From positions 1-42,161 of IMG/VR virus record IMGVR_UViG_3300028585_000518: a DNA stretch of 42,161 bases, one strand, 5' to 3'. The stretch's first letter is position 1. Every line of letters begins with the position of its first letter. A model generated the notes under the pieces. That model searched no databases, was not told the origin of the DNA, and saw only the letters and a program-made list of their open reading frames with translations. This document shows, one piece after another, positions 17,300-30,684 of this stretch. Origin of the DNA: a virus (taxonomy: Duplodnaviria > Caudoviricetes). The translations under genes were made by a program, and so were the position numbers.

Positions 17300-19692
17300 T
17301 GCGGACAACTGGGGGTTCCCCGAACGTCATCAACGGAGTGTCTCGGCAGCCCCCAGAGGTGCGCCTGACCTCGCAGCTCCAAGAGAGCGTCAATCAATTT
17401 CCAACCGTCACCCGTGGGCTGGTCCCGCGCAACCCTGCCCGGCTCCGAGGGGTGATCCCCACGATTGGCCCAGAGGTCGCCGTGGAGCACCTGATCGACC
17501 GGGACGCGGTGGAACAATACAACGTCACGCTAACGCCTGTCGGGGTGACGGTTCACAAGCTCGACGGCACGAAGATCAACGTCAACGCCCCCAGCGGGTG
17601 GGAATACCTGAACGGAGCGGGCCCGAACGACCTGACGGCGCTGACCGTGCAGGATCACACCTTCATCCTGAACCGCCGTAAGGTGGTCGGAAAGATGGGC
17701 TCGCTCACCCCGAGTGCCCGCTCGGAGGGCCTCGTGCATATCGTGCAGGGGGACTACTTCACCGAGTATAAGGTCATCGTCAACGGCAACGTCGCGGGCC
17801 ACTACATCACCGATGGGGGGCCTCATTCTGATCCAGAAGCCTCCCGTGAAGCAGAGCGAGGGGCCCGGACGGGATACATCGCCCAAGCCCTCGTCACCGG
17901 ATCCACACCCGCTGGGGTCCCGTCACGCCCTTCGACAGCTCTGGTCAACCTTCGGCAGTCGCTAGACCCCGCCGAATGGGGCATCCAGCTCATCGACAAC
18001 GTGATCTACATCGTGAACCAGAAGGGTAACTCCTTCACTCTCGAAGTGGAGGCTGGCTCTGAAACCCGCATCCGGGCGCACAAGGGGGAAAGCCAAGACT
18101 TCGCTAAGCTGCCCGCTAAGGCCCGCGCGGGGTTCCTCCTCAAGATCAACGGTTCCGAAGATACCGCCTATGACGACTACTATGTGCGCTATGGCAAGGC
18201 ATCGGACTCGGCCCAAGGAACGTGGAAAGAGGACCACGCCCCGGCCACCCAATACCGCCTCGACCCGGCCACAATGCCCCACCTTCTGGTGCGGGAGGCA
18301 AACGGCAACTTCACGTTCAAGCGGGCAGAGTGGGCGGATCGCAAGGTGGGTGACGACGACACCAACCCTTGGCCGTCCTTCGTGGGCCAGAAGATCAACG
18401 GCATCGCCTTCGGCAACAACCGTCTGGGCTTCCACTCTGGCGAGAGCTTCGCACAGAGCCGCCACGGGGACTTCTTCAACTTCTTCATCGAGAGCATCCT
18501 GACGCCCCTCGACACGGACCCTGTGGACGCTGCCATCTCCTACCCGGAGGTCAGCACCATCAACCACATCGTCCCGTTCTCCGGGGAAATCCTGCTGTTC
18601 ACCGAGTCGGTCCCGTTCCGGCTGGAGAAGGGGGAAACCCTGACCCAGAAGAACGCCCACTATGAGCACCTCCTGTCCAACAAGGTGAGCGCCAAGGTGC
18701 GCCCCGTGGCAGCCGGGTCCAAGCTCTACTTCGTGAATGACACGCCCACGGGCTGCTTCGTCCACGAGTTCAGCTATGATCGGTCGGTGGACAACCTGAC
18801 GGCCCAGAGCATCACGGACCATGTGTCCGGCTATGTGCCCCCCGGCATCACCATGATGGCCGCAGATGGGGACCTCAAGATGCTCATGCTGGTCAGCGAG
18901 AAGGAGCCCAATTCGATCTACGTCTATAAGTGGCTGTGGATCGGATCGGAGAAGGTGCAGTCGGCATGGCAGAAGTGGACCCTCGACGCCCCCATCAAGG
19001 CCATGAGGTTCTACCAAGAGGAGCTCGTCGTGGTCACGCAACGGTCCAGCACACGGGAAATCCTCGGCATCAACTGCCACGAGGCGTTCACCCAGAACGG
19101 ACCATGCCCGGCCTATCTGGACCGTCAGGTTTCCCGTCAGGGGTCCTATGACGCCGCCACGGACACCACGTCCTTCAACCTGCCCTACCCGGCAGCGGGG
19201 GCGATGGCAGTCATGGTGGACCCGCGCATCTTCGGGATGGCACCAACCATCGCTAGGGCCACCGGGAACACCCTTGTCGTGAACGGCCACTATGGGGGCA
19301 ACACGGCGCGGATCGGGTTCCCCTACGAGAGCTACGGCATCCTGTCCGAGCTCCTGCACCGCAGCACGAATCAGAACGGCTCCTATGGGAACGCCCTTCC
19401 CGGCTTCCAGACGACCATCTCCAGCCTACGCTTCGGCACAGGCGAGACGGCGTTCATGCGGGTGGAGCTGGAGCGGGACTACCGCAAGCCGTATGTCTAT
19501 GACTTCGCGGCTGCCCTCGTGGGCACCAAGACGGGCCTCCACGGGTCCCTCATTCTGGGGGAGATCGCAAAGCCCGTGGCGATCATGTCCCGCTCCACCG
19601 ACTTCCGGCTCAAGTTCGGAAGCAACGGGCCCTATCCCTACTCCGTGCTCTCCTATGCGTGGACCGGGGATGCCCGGCAAATCTCCTACTGA
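17299..19692 (+). CDS. Tail tubular protein B (gp12-like)
   Basis: GVSRQP, TMPHLL, RKVGDDDTNPWPSFVG, NRLGF, QSAW. Confidence 0.95.
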   Translation: MRTTGGSPNVINGVSRQPPEVRLTSQLQESVNQFPTVTRGLVPRNPARLRGVIPTIGPEVAVEHLIDRDAVEQYNVTLTPVGVTVHKLDGTKINVNAPSGWEYLNGAGPNDLTALTVQDHTFILNRRKVVGKMGSLTPSARSEGLVHIVQGDYFTEYKVIVNGNVAGHYITDGGPHSDPEASREAERGARTGYIAQALVTGSTPAGVPSRPSTALVNLRQSLDPAEWGIQLIDNVIYIVNQKGNSFTLEVEAGSETRIRAHKGESQDFAKLPAKARAGFLLKINGSEDTAYDDYYVRYGKASDSAQGTWKEDHAPATQYRLDPATMPHLLVREANGNFTFKRAEWADRKVGDDDTNPWPSFVGQKINGIAFGNNRLGFHSGESFAQSRHGDFFNFFIESILTPLDTDPVDAAISYPEVSTINHIVPFSGEILLFTESVPFRLEKGETLTQKNAHYEHLLSNKVSAKVRPVAAGSKLYFVNDTPTGCFVHEFSYDRSVDNLTAQSITDHVSGYVPPGITMMAADGDLKMLMLVSEKEPNSIYVYKWLWIGSEKVQSAWQKWTLDAPIKAMRFYQEELVVVTQRSSTREILGINCHEAFTQNGPCPAYLDRQVSRQGSYDAATDTTSFNLPYPAAGAMAVMVDPRIFGMAPTIARATGNTLVVNGHYGGNTARIGFPYESYGILSELLHRSTNQNGSYGNALPGFQTTISSLRFGTGETAFMRVELERDYRKPYVYDFAAALVGTKTGLHGSLILGEIAKPVAIMSRSTDFRLKFGSNGPYPYSVLSYAWTGDARQISY

Positions 19693-20162
19693 TGACCCCT
19701 CACGGCATCGTCACGCGCTCCGTCATGGCGGACGCGGGGGAGTGCGCTGCAATCCTTCGAGAGGAGGATCGGCGCGAGCTGGAGGAGATCGGCGGCGTCC
19801 CTGCCATCGACAGCCTCAAACGGGGGGTCCTTCTGGGCTCCCCATCGCTCACCCTTAGAACCCACACGGGGGACATGGTGGCGCTTATGTCCGTGGTCCC
19901 TTTCGGGTCCCGGCTGGGCTTCATCGCGCTCTCCGGCACGAGGCTTCTGGAGGAGAACCGGACGGCATTCCTTCGGGGATCGCGGGACGTTCTCGCCCAC
20001 CTCGACACCAAGTTCGACACGCTCTGCAATGTCTGTGACGCCCGCAACGAAGTCCACATCAAGTGGCTCAAGTGGCTCGGGTTCACCTTCATCCGCAGGA
20101 TTGAAACCTATGGGGCGCACGGCGTCCCTGTCTACGAGTTCGCAAGGATCAGAAATGTGTGA
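19692..20162 (+). CDS. gp13-like internal virion / acetyltransferase-fold protein
   Basis: LREEDRRE, N.VHIKWLKWLGF; synteny. Confidence 0.8.
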   Translation: MTPHGIVTRSVMADAGECAAILREEDRRELEEIGGVPAIDSLKRGVLLGSPSLTLRTHTGDMVALMSVVPFGSRLGFIALSGTRLLEENRTAFLRGSRDVLAHLDTKFDTLCNVCDARNEVHIKWLKWLGFTFIRRIETYGAHGVPVYEFARIRNV

Positions 20163-20688
20163 CCCTGTAACTCTGATGGCGACTTCACTTGCGATCACCG
20201 GGGCGCAGACCGTCACGGGCATGAAAGCCGCCAATCAGCAATACAAGGCCGGGTCAGCAATGGCCCAGCAAAACGCCGACAACGCCGCGCAATCCACCGC
20301 CCGGACCTACTCCAACATCGGCATCCGTGCCCAGCAAGAAGGACAAGCCGCCCACCAACAGAAACAAGCCTCCGAAATCGAGACTGCCCGAGCCGTCGCC
20401 TCTGCCGAATTGGCTGCGGGCGCGGGTGGCGTCACGGGTCTGTCCGTGGATGCCGTCCTCCGGGACATTTACGCCCAAGCCGGGCGCAACGAGGTGGTCG
20501 CAGACAACAACCTCCAGATGAGCCGGGACTACCTGACCGGGGAGATGACCGCTGCCGAGGCGTCGGGTCAGAACCAGATCAACGCCATGCCCCAACCGGA
20601 ACGACCCGACCACACCGCGCTCCTCCTCGGGGGGTTCGCCAGCGGGCTCAATTCCTACACCAACTACAAAGCACAGAAGGAAAGCTAA
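20155..20688 (+). CDS. Internal virion protein (gp14-like)
   Basis: Starts MCDP, Ala/Gln-rich, GVTGLSVD. Confidence 0.85.
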   Translation: MCDPVTLMATSLAITGAQTVTGMKAANQQYKAGSAMAQQNADNAAQSTARTYSNIGIRAQQEGQAAHQQKQASEIETARAVASAELAAGAGGVTGLSVDAVLRDIYAQAGRNEVVADNNLQMSRDYLTGEMTAAEASGQNQINAMPQPERPDHTALLLGGFASGLNSYTNYKAQKES

Positions 20689-23079
20689 ATGGCCGGAGGA
20701 CTCTTCGGAACGAATACGCCGGACGCGCAGCTCCAACAGCAACGCCTCCAGCCCGCCGCGACACCGGGGAGCACCTTTGTCCGCCCTGTTCAGGCGCAGA
20801 CGGGGGGCAACCTCCGGGCCCTGACGGACGCTCTGGGGAGCCTGAACGGTTCCCTCCAGCAATACGGTCAGGTCCAAGACAAGATCAACGACAACCCCGA
20901 GTCCCTCGCCAACCGCGAGTGGATCGCACAGCGCCAACAGATGACCTCGGAGGAGCTCCGCGCCGAAGCCGCAGCGGGAACCCCGAACGGCATCCGGGTC
21001 CGACAGGACGCCCTCGACGGCCTTCTGGGGGAACGTGGGAACGCCGACTGGCGGCAGGACTGGGGCACCCACTATAACACCGACTTCGACCGCTCCAACG
21101 GTGATGTTGCCGGGGACTATGACGCCCGCCGCGCAGAGTTTGCCGAGGGGCTCCCTTCGGAGATCGCACGGGGCAACTTCTACCGCCTGACGGAGCCGCA
21201 CCGGGCCACGGTAATTGCCGAAGCCACGGGTGAGCGGATCGCGTCTGCCAAGCAACAGATCAACACCACGATCATTGATAGCTGGCACACCCAGATCGCG
21301 GACGCCACCAAGAGCGGTTCGGCTGATGTTGGTGCCCTCGCCGCCTCCATCATGGACAGCGCCGCCTCCAATCAGACCTTCTACGGGCAATCACAGAAGG
21401 AGCAGGAGGGGACGATCTACGGGCTGGCCGAGCGGGTGGCGCTGGAAGGTAAACCCGAGCTGGCTAAGGCGATCCTGAACGCGCCCCGCAAGGGGCCTGA
21501 TGGGTCCACCCTGCCCTCCCTCGCCTCCATGCCAGCCTATGCCACCAAGTCGGCTTCGCTGGTGGAGAGCGCCAACGGGGTCCGCACCAAGCTGGACGAC
21601 GAGCAGAGCTTCCCGCTCCGCGCCGAAGTGGACCGCAAGCTGGTCATGGGAGAGCTGACGGAAGAGGACGTGAAGGTCCTGCCAGACACGCTCTACTCCA
21701 ATACACGTAAGGCAGCACTACTGACCCAATCCGAGGGGAACCGACAGGCGATCCTCACGCGCACCCAGACAGCCGAGCACAAGGCAGCTCTGGCCCGCTA
21801 TGCGGATCAGGCGCGGTTCGACGTGCAGTCCTCCGTTATGGCCGTCATGGGCCAAGTAGGTGGCGCTCCGAAGCTAAAGGACGTTCAAGTCCCGACAGCA
21901 TCCGGTGGCACCGAAACCTACACCCGCGAGGCCCAGATCGAGGACGTAAGGACCCTCATGGAAAGCCGATGGGAGGATCAGGAAGCCGCCCTCGTGGCGC
22001 AGAACATGGACCCCGCAGAGGCAGCCCAACAGATGCAGGGGGTCCGTCTGGCGTGGTATGAGGCGAACAACGTCCACAATGAACAGTGGGCGGATATGTT
22101 CTCGGGTCTGCCCGTCGCGGCCAACGCTGACGTGCTGATGAAGAACCCCGAGGCCGCTGCCAACTTCACCCAAACGGCTGACCTCTATCGCCAGATCAAA
22201 GCATCCAACCCGGCCTATGCCGCCACGCTTCTTGATCCCAAGAGCCGCGACTTCCTCGACAGCTACGACATGGCCGTCACGTTCAACCGCATGACGCCTA
22301 ACGACGCCATCGGGTGGGCTGCCGGGTGGGCCGCTAAGACGGACACCGAGAAGGCCCGGCTGACGATCAAACCGCAGGACGCCGACCGCATCGTGGGCCG
22401 GGTTCTCCGTCGCATCGGTGCAGAGGCTCACGGAGAGAGCTCCGCTATCATCAACCAGAAGCTCCAAGCCATGAGCGCCCTCGGGATGAACGAAGGGGCG
22501 ATGGAGAGGAACCTCCGGGCGTGGGCAGAGGACAGCACTTACGTCATCAACGGGATGGCTATGCCCGCCATGCGGGACCTCCCCCAAGACTTCCCCATCC
22601 TCGCGGACATGGAGCTTGATCGGGTCTTCGCAGAACGGGGTGAAGCCCTCGGGATCGAGGACTCCGAAGACCTGTTCCTTCAACCCGTCAGCGGGGAGAC
22701 GAAATGGCAAGTCTGGAGCAAGACCGTGGGCGGCCCCGTGGGCAACGTCTTCGTCACCCCGGAGAGCCTCGACAGCCAACGTCAGGCACAACACCAGACG
22801 CGCATCGCGGCAGCCAATGCCGAGAAGGACGGGGACCAACAGTCGTTCAACGATTACGTCGCCCACCAGCGTTCGGTCATCCAGTGGCACCGGGAGAACC
22901 GGGGCAAGCTGGGCCGATGGGCGGCGGACGGATGGGAGCGCGATCTGGAGGAGTATATCCAGTCCCGCGATCCGAACCATGTGGCAGCACAACGGGCCGC
23001 ACGACAGTCCGAGGAACGCGAGCTCGCAAGGGCAAATGCGCTGAACCTCGGGTTCGCTGATCCCTTCCCCGGCCAATAA
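20689..23079 (+). CDS. Internal virion protein (gp15-like)
   Basis: 796 aa, helical; synteny. Confidence 0.8.
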   Translation: MAGGLFGTNTPDAQLQQQRLQPAATPGSTFVRPVQAQTGGNLRALTDALGSLNGSLQQYGQVQDKINDNPESLANREWIAQRQQMTSEELRAEAAAGTPNGIRVRQDALDGLLGERGNADWRQDWGTHYNTDFDRSNGDVAGDYDARRAEFAEGLPSEIARGNFYRLTEPHRATVIAEATGERIASAKQQINTTIIDSWHTQIADATKSGSADVGALAASIMDSAASNQTFYGQSQKEQEGTIYGLAERVALEGKPELAKAILNAPRKGPDGSTLPSLASMPAYATKSASLVESANGVRTKLDDEQSFPLRAEVDRKLVMGELTEEDVKVLPDTLYSNTRKAALLTQSEGNRQAILTRTQTAEHKAALARYADQARFDVQSSVMAVMGQVGGAPKLKDVQVPTASGGTETYTREAQIEDVRTLMESRWEDQEAALVAQNMDPAEAAQQMQGVRLAWYEANNVHNEQWADMFSGLPVAANADVLMKNPEAAANFTQTADLYRQIKASNPAYAATLLDPKSRDFLDSYDMAVTFNRMTPNDAIGWAAGWAAKTDTEKARLTIKPQDADRIVGRVLRRIGAEAHGESSAIINQKLQAMSALGMNEGAMERNLRAWAEDSTYVINGMAMPAMRDLPQDFPILADMELDRVFAERGEALGIEDSEDLFLQPVSGETKWQVWSKTVGGPVGNVFVTPESLDSQRQAQHQTRIAAANAEKDGDQQSFNDYVAHQRSVIQWHRENRGKLGRWAADGWERDLEEYIQSRDPNHVAAQRAARQSEERELARANALNLGFADPFPGQ

Positions 23080-23093
23080 CCCCACCGTTTAGG
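23076..23093 (+). promoter_or_regulatory. Phage RNAP promoter, copy 3, overlapping the gp15 stop codon
   Basis: ATAACCCCACCGTTTAGG, one mismatch. Confidence 0.85.
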
Positions 23094-23106
23094 TCAATCA
23101 CATCAC

Positions 23107-23129
23107 GGGTCCCTCACGGGGCCCTTTTT
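23107..23129 (+). terminator. Terminator-like hairpin just downstream of promoter 3
   Basis: GGGTCCC-TCAC-GGGGCCC-TTTTT. Confidence 0.7.
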
Positions 23130-23145
23130 CATTTGAGGAGACGAC

Positions 23146-26100
23146 ATGCAGGACAGATTGGCTGCGGCCATCGTCAAGGAAGCTACGCGCATCGGCGCTG
23201 ACCCCGAAGACTTCGCCACGGCCATTTCCTTTGAGACGGGCGGAACATTCGACCCGTGGCAGAAGGGTCCTACCACCAAATGGGGCGTCCATCGTGGGCT
23301 GATCCAGATGGGCGAACCCCAGCGTCAACAGTTCAACTATCAGGAAGGTATGGCTATCGAGGACGCGGTGCGCTCCTCTGCTGACTATCTGGTCGCCAAC
23401 GGGTTCAAGCCGGGCATGTCCGGGCTGGACCTCTACTCCACCATCAACGCTGGCTCTCCGGGCCGCTACGGGGCTTCTGACGAGGCCGCTGGCGGGACGT
23501 GGGGCGACGTGGCGGACAAGTGGAACAGCCAGATGGGAGATCACCGGGAGAAAGCCAAAGGGCTCCTCGCGGGCACCTATATCCCCACATACAACAACCC
23601 CTACGCCGAACAAGCGGCGGACCCTAACGCCGTCCCTGTGGACCCTCTGGCGCACACCGACACCGAGGCCGCAGCGCCAGTCGATATGTTCACCGAGGTG
23701 GAGAACGCTCCGAAGCCCTATGAGAGCTTCATGGGGGAGATCGGGGCACAGTTCCAATCCACCTCCATCACCTCCCAAGCCATCCGATGGATGAGCGAGG
23801 ACACGGTGGACCTCGACTTCCGCATTGACGAGACACGGGGCAGCGAGATGCTGACCCAGTATCCCGAGCAATACCACGACATGATCCTCGGCTCGGGCTC
23901 GGAGAAGAACCTCGCGTCCCGCCTCCAGTGGATCGAAGAGGACGTGCAGCGCCAAGGGCGTCTAGGTGCGGGTGGGGGTTCTGCCGTTGCGGCGGGTTTC
24001 ATCGCTGGCATGGCCGACCCCATCCCCCTCGCTGCGGGCTTCGCTACTGGCGGTCTGGGCTTCGCGGCTCGGGCTGGTATGGCTGGCCGGGCGGCATACG
24101 GGGCTGCTGCGGGTGCTGCGGTCAACGCGGGCATCGACGCCACCTCCAAGGCGGTCTTTGACGACCCCTATGCGGACCCCCTTATGGCGGGCATCGTCGG
24201 GGGCGCTTTCGGTGCCCTTGGTGGCGCTCTGGCGCGGAACCCTGCAACGGCCTTCGAGGCTGACCTAGCGTCCACCACGGGAGCCCTCACGACGCGCGGC
24301 AAGCTCCAATCCGGGGCAGCCGAAGCGATCATCGCAGGGGCTCGCAACGACAGCGTGGGCGCGGCCCGCAACATGGACCTCCGTGACAGCCTGATCCCCG
24401 CCGAACGCGCCTATCTGGGCGAGGTGACAGATGGGGCAGCACCCACGGGCTTCGGTCGCGGCACCCGGTTCGACATTGCGGGCCAGATGACGACCTCCAA
24501 GGTGCCCCTCGTGCGCCTCCTCGGCATGAACCTCTTTGAGGAGACTGCGGGGCTCAAGGGGCGTGGCGTGGTGCCGGACAGCGTGAACAGCAAGTTCACC
24601 GCCATGCACCGCAAGGTGATCGGCAACTTCGTCATGGAATATCAGCCCGCCAAACACGCCTACATGAAGGGCCAAGGCGTGGGCCGCTTCAACCTCCTAG
24701 AAATGTCCCGGAAGGAGGCAGAGTTCAACCGGGAGGTGGCGGCGCACGTTCGGGACCCCATGCCGAGCCCTGACGTGGACCCCAACATCACCAAGGCAGC
24801 AGGGGCCGTTCGGCGCACCATGAATGACCTTCGGGTGGCCGCGCAGGAATCCGGTCTGGCCGATCTGCCGGAGAACAAGAACTACCTGCCACTGGTCGCC
24901 CAGCATAGCTCGGTGGCCGATCTGGACAGGGCCGTCCATCAAGACGTGATGACGGACTTCTTCGCCCAAGCGATCCGCAGCCGGACCCCGGACCTCGACG
25001 CACAGATCGTGAAGCGAATGTCCAAGGGCTACTGGAACACCCTCCGCAAGGCGGGCTTCGGGATCGAGGACGGGCTGACACGCTCGCTCCAGCTCGGGGA
25101 CAAGGACGCCTTCAAGCGGGCCTTCATGGAAGCCGCAGAGAACAAAGGGCTGCTGGACGACGATCAGCTCGACGCCGCCTATGATGCCCTCTCGGGGGTC
25201 ATGGACAGCACCAAGAAGGCGGACGGTGAGGCAGCCAAGGGCGTCTCTTCGTTCAAGAAGCGGACCCTCATGGATTACAACTTCAAGGCCACCGTCCCCA
25301 CACGGGATGGCGGGAGCCGAGAGCTTTCCGTCTATGACCTCTTCGAGAACGACGCAGAGCTCCTCACCCGGCGCTACACGCGGACCCTCTCGGGGCGTCT
25401 GGCCTTCGCCAACATGAAGGTCATGAACCCCGGCAAGGGAGAGCTGCTGATCGACGGCATCAAGTCCGAGGCTGATCTTGAGCGGGTCAAGGACATGGTG
25501 AAGGAAGCCTACCGCACCGCTGACGGCGACTATGCCGCCAAGAAGTCGGACATGGAGAACCAACTCCAGAACATCGACTTCGCTTGGAAGAGGATCAACG
25601 GCATCCCCGTCTGGGACAACCAGAACGGCTTCAACCAGTGGGCGCGGCGTCTCAAGACAATGCAGTTCATCCGGCTCATGTCCAACATGGGTCTGAACCA
25701 AGCCCAAGAGAGCTGGAAGATCATGTCCCTGACGGGCTTCCGGGCTGCCATGTCCCAACTCCCGGCCATCCGCACAATGCTCTCGGGCGTGAACGCGGGC
25801 AAGTGGGACAAGGACAAACTGCTGACGGAGCTGACGGACATGACGGGGATCGGGCTGGACGGCCTGTGGAACCGCTATGATCTGCGGCTGGACGAGGACC
25901 GCATGGGCTCGATGGCGGGCTCTGGGTTCTCCCAAAAGGTGGACGCGGTGCTGGACGCCGGGCAACAGCTCACGGGCCATATCTCTCTGATGAGGACCAT
26001 TCAGGACTACCAGCAACGGTGGGCCATGAAGGCCATAACGCAACAGCTCGTCCACATGCAGCGCAAGGGTGGCTTCGACGCCATGAAGCCCCGCGACCGC

Positions 26101-26868
26101 GACAGGCTGGCATCCATAGGGCTCGGAGAGGAGGACGCAAAGCTCCTCTTCAAGAACCTCACGGATCACAGCGAGTTCGACGGCAAGAAGATCGTCGGGC
26201 TGAACCTGACCAAATGGGATGCGGAGGCCGTCTCCAAGTTCCGTCACTTCATGGGCCGCTACACCGACCGATTGGTGCAGCAAAACGACTTCGGGGCCTT
26301 GTCCAAATGGATGAGCCAACCCGTCGCGTCGATGTTCATCCAGTTCCGCTCCTTCGTCTTCGGGGCGTGGTCGAAGTCCACCCTCTGGACCCTGAATCAC
26401 GGCGGTCTGACCGATCCGAAGATGATGGTCCTCCTACTGGGTGAGATCGCGGCTGGCACGGCAACCTACGCCATTCGCCAAGCCGGGCAGCTCTCGACCG
26501 AGGAGGGCCGCGAGAAGTTCAACGAACAGATGGAGCCAGCCAACCTCCTCAAGAACGGCTGGGCCCGCACGGCAACCGCAAGTGTGATCCCCATGCTCGC
26601 GGATAGTGCCCTCATGTTCACCCCGCTAGGCCCCCAGTTCAACAACGCTCGGGCCTCGGGATCACCCACCGACACGTTCTTCGGCTCCCCTGCCGTGGAT
26701 CAGCTCACCTCGGCTGCCCGGTTCGCTAAGGGCGCTTCTGGTTCCCTGATCGACGGCGAGGACATGACCGCTGGAGAGATCAAGGGGGGCATCCGTGCCC
26801 TCCCCCTGCCCACCAACTGGGTCCCCCTGACGGCTGCCCTCGGTGGCCTCATCAAAGACCGCGAGTAG
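23146..26868 (+). CDS. Internal virion protein (gp16-like) with N-terminal lysozyme/transglycosylase-like domain
   Basis: 1240 aa; ISFETGGTFDP...GLIQM; C-terminal QFRSF; synteny. Confidence 0.85.
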   Translation: MQDRLAAAIVKEATRIGADPEDFATAISFETGGTFDPWQKGPTTKWGVHRGLIQMGEPQRQQFNYQEGMAIEDAVRSSADYLVANGFKPGMSGLDLYSTINAGSPGRYGASDEAAGGTWGDVADKWNSQMGDHREKAKGLLAGTYIPTYNNPYAEQAADPNAVPVDPLAHTDTEAAAPVDMFTEVENAPKPYESFMGEIGAQFQSTSITSQAIRWMSEDTVDLDFRIDETRGSEMLTQYPEQYHDMILGSGSEKNLASRLQWIEEDVQRQGRLGAGGGSAVAAGFIAGMADPIPLAAGFATGGLGFAARAGMAGRAAYGAAAGAAVNAGIDATSKAVFDDPYADPLMAGIVGGAFGALGGALARNPATAFEADLASTTGALTTRGKLQSGAAEAIIAGARNDSVGAARNMDLRDSLIPAERAYLGEVTDGAAPTGFGRGTRFDIAGQMTTSKVPLVRLLGMNLFEETAGLKGRGVVPDSVNSKFTAMHRKVIGNFVMEYQPAKHAYMKGQGVGRFNLLEMSRKEAEFNREVAAHVRDPMPSPDVDPNITKAAGAVRRTMNDLRVAAQESGLADLPENKNYLPLVAQHSSVADLDRAVHQDVMTDFFAQAIRSRTPDLDAQIVKRMSKGYWNTLRKAGFGIEDGLTRSLQLGDKDAFKRAFMEAAENKGLLDDDQLDAAYDALSGVMDSTKKADGEAAKGVSSFKKRTLMDYNFKATVPTRDGGSRELSVYDLFENDAELLTRRYTRTLSGRLAFANMKVMNPGKGELLIDGIKSEADLERVKDMVKEAYRTADGDYAAKKSDMENQLQNIDFAWKRINGIPVWDNQNGFNQWARRLKTMQFIRLMSNMGLNQAQESWKIMSLTGFRAAMSQLPAIRTMLSGVNAGKWDKDKLLTELTDMTGIGLDGLWNRYDLRLDEDRMGSMAGSGFSQKVDAVLDAGQQLTGHISLMRTIQDYQQRWAMKAITQQLVHMQRKGGFDAMKPRDRDRLASIGLGEEDAKLLFKNLTDHSEFDGKKIVGLNLTKWDAEAVSKFRHFMGRYTDRLVQQNDFGALSKWMSQPVASMFIQFRSFVFGAWSKSTLWTLNHGGLTDPKMMVLLLGEIAAGTATYAIRQAGQLSTEEGREKFNEQMEPANLLKNGWARTATASVIPMLADSALMFTPLGPQFNNARASGSPTDTFFGSPAVDQLTSAARFAKGASGSLIDGEDMTAGEIKGGIRALPLPTNWVPLTAALGGLIKDRE

Positions 26869-26873
26869 CGGCA

Positions 26874-26893
26874 CCCGGCCCTTCGGGGCTGGG
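26874..26893 (+). other. UUCG hairpin without a U-tract (processing, stability or weak terminator)
   Basis: CCCGGCCC-TTCG-GGGCTGGG between gp16 and tail fiber. Confidence 0.5.
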
Positions 26894-26915
26894 ATAACCC
26901 CTTCCAAGGAAAAGC

Positions 26916-30239
<3,324 letters not shown>

Positions 30240-30283
30240 CGGGTGGGGCCTTCGGGCCCTCCCCTGCCCCTCTTAGGACCCCA

Positions 30284-30460
30284 ATGGATAGCACCAACAC
30301 CGCCGTAGCTGCGGCTGCCGTGGTGAGCCCCTTCTGGCTCCCTTGGCTTCAAACAGCATCAGAAGTCGCCGCCATCGCCGCCCCCATCTTGGGCGTCGTG
30401 TGGCTCGTGGTCCAAATCTGGGCCAAAATCTACGACACCTTCATCAAGGAGAAGGAATGA
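30284..30460 (+). CDS. Putative holin (gp17.5 position)
   Basis: 58 aa, hydrophobic, charged tail; between fiber and TerS. Confidence 0.65.
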   Translation: MDSTNTAVAAAAVVSPFWLPWLQTASEVAAIAAPILGVVWLVVQIWAKIYDTFIKEKE

Positions 30461-30684
30461 GCAAAGCAACCACCGAGCTGCTTGAGAAAATCCACCAACA
30501 ACTGGCGAAAGACATGCTGGAGCTGTTGGAAAGCGGAGAGGCACAAGCCAAGGACTGGGCGGTGATCGTCAAGTTCCTAAAGGACAACAACATCGACGCG
30601 ATCCCGACCGGGGATGGAGACACCAACAACGCCTTCGCGGCTATGGTGGAACGCGCCAAAGAGAGCATCGCTAAATACCAATGA
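30457..30684 (+). CDS. Terminase small subunit (gp18-like)
   Basis: KAT..LL..IH, KFLKDNNI. Confidence 0.9.
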   Translation: MSKATTELLEKIHQQLAKDMLELLESGEAQAKDWAVIVKFLKDNNIDAIPTGDGDTNNAFAAMVERAKESIAKYQ

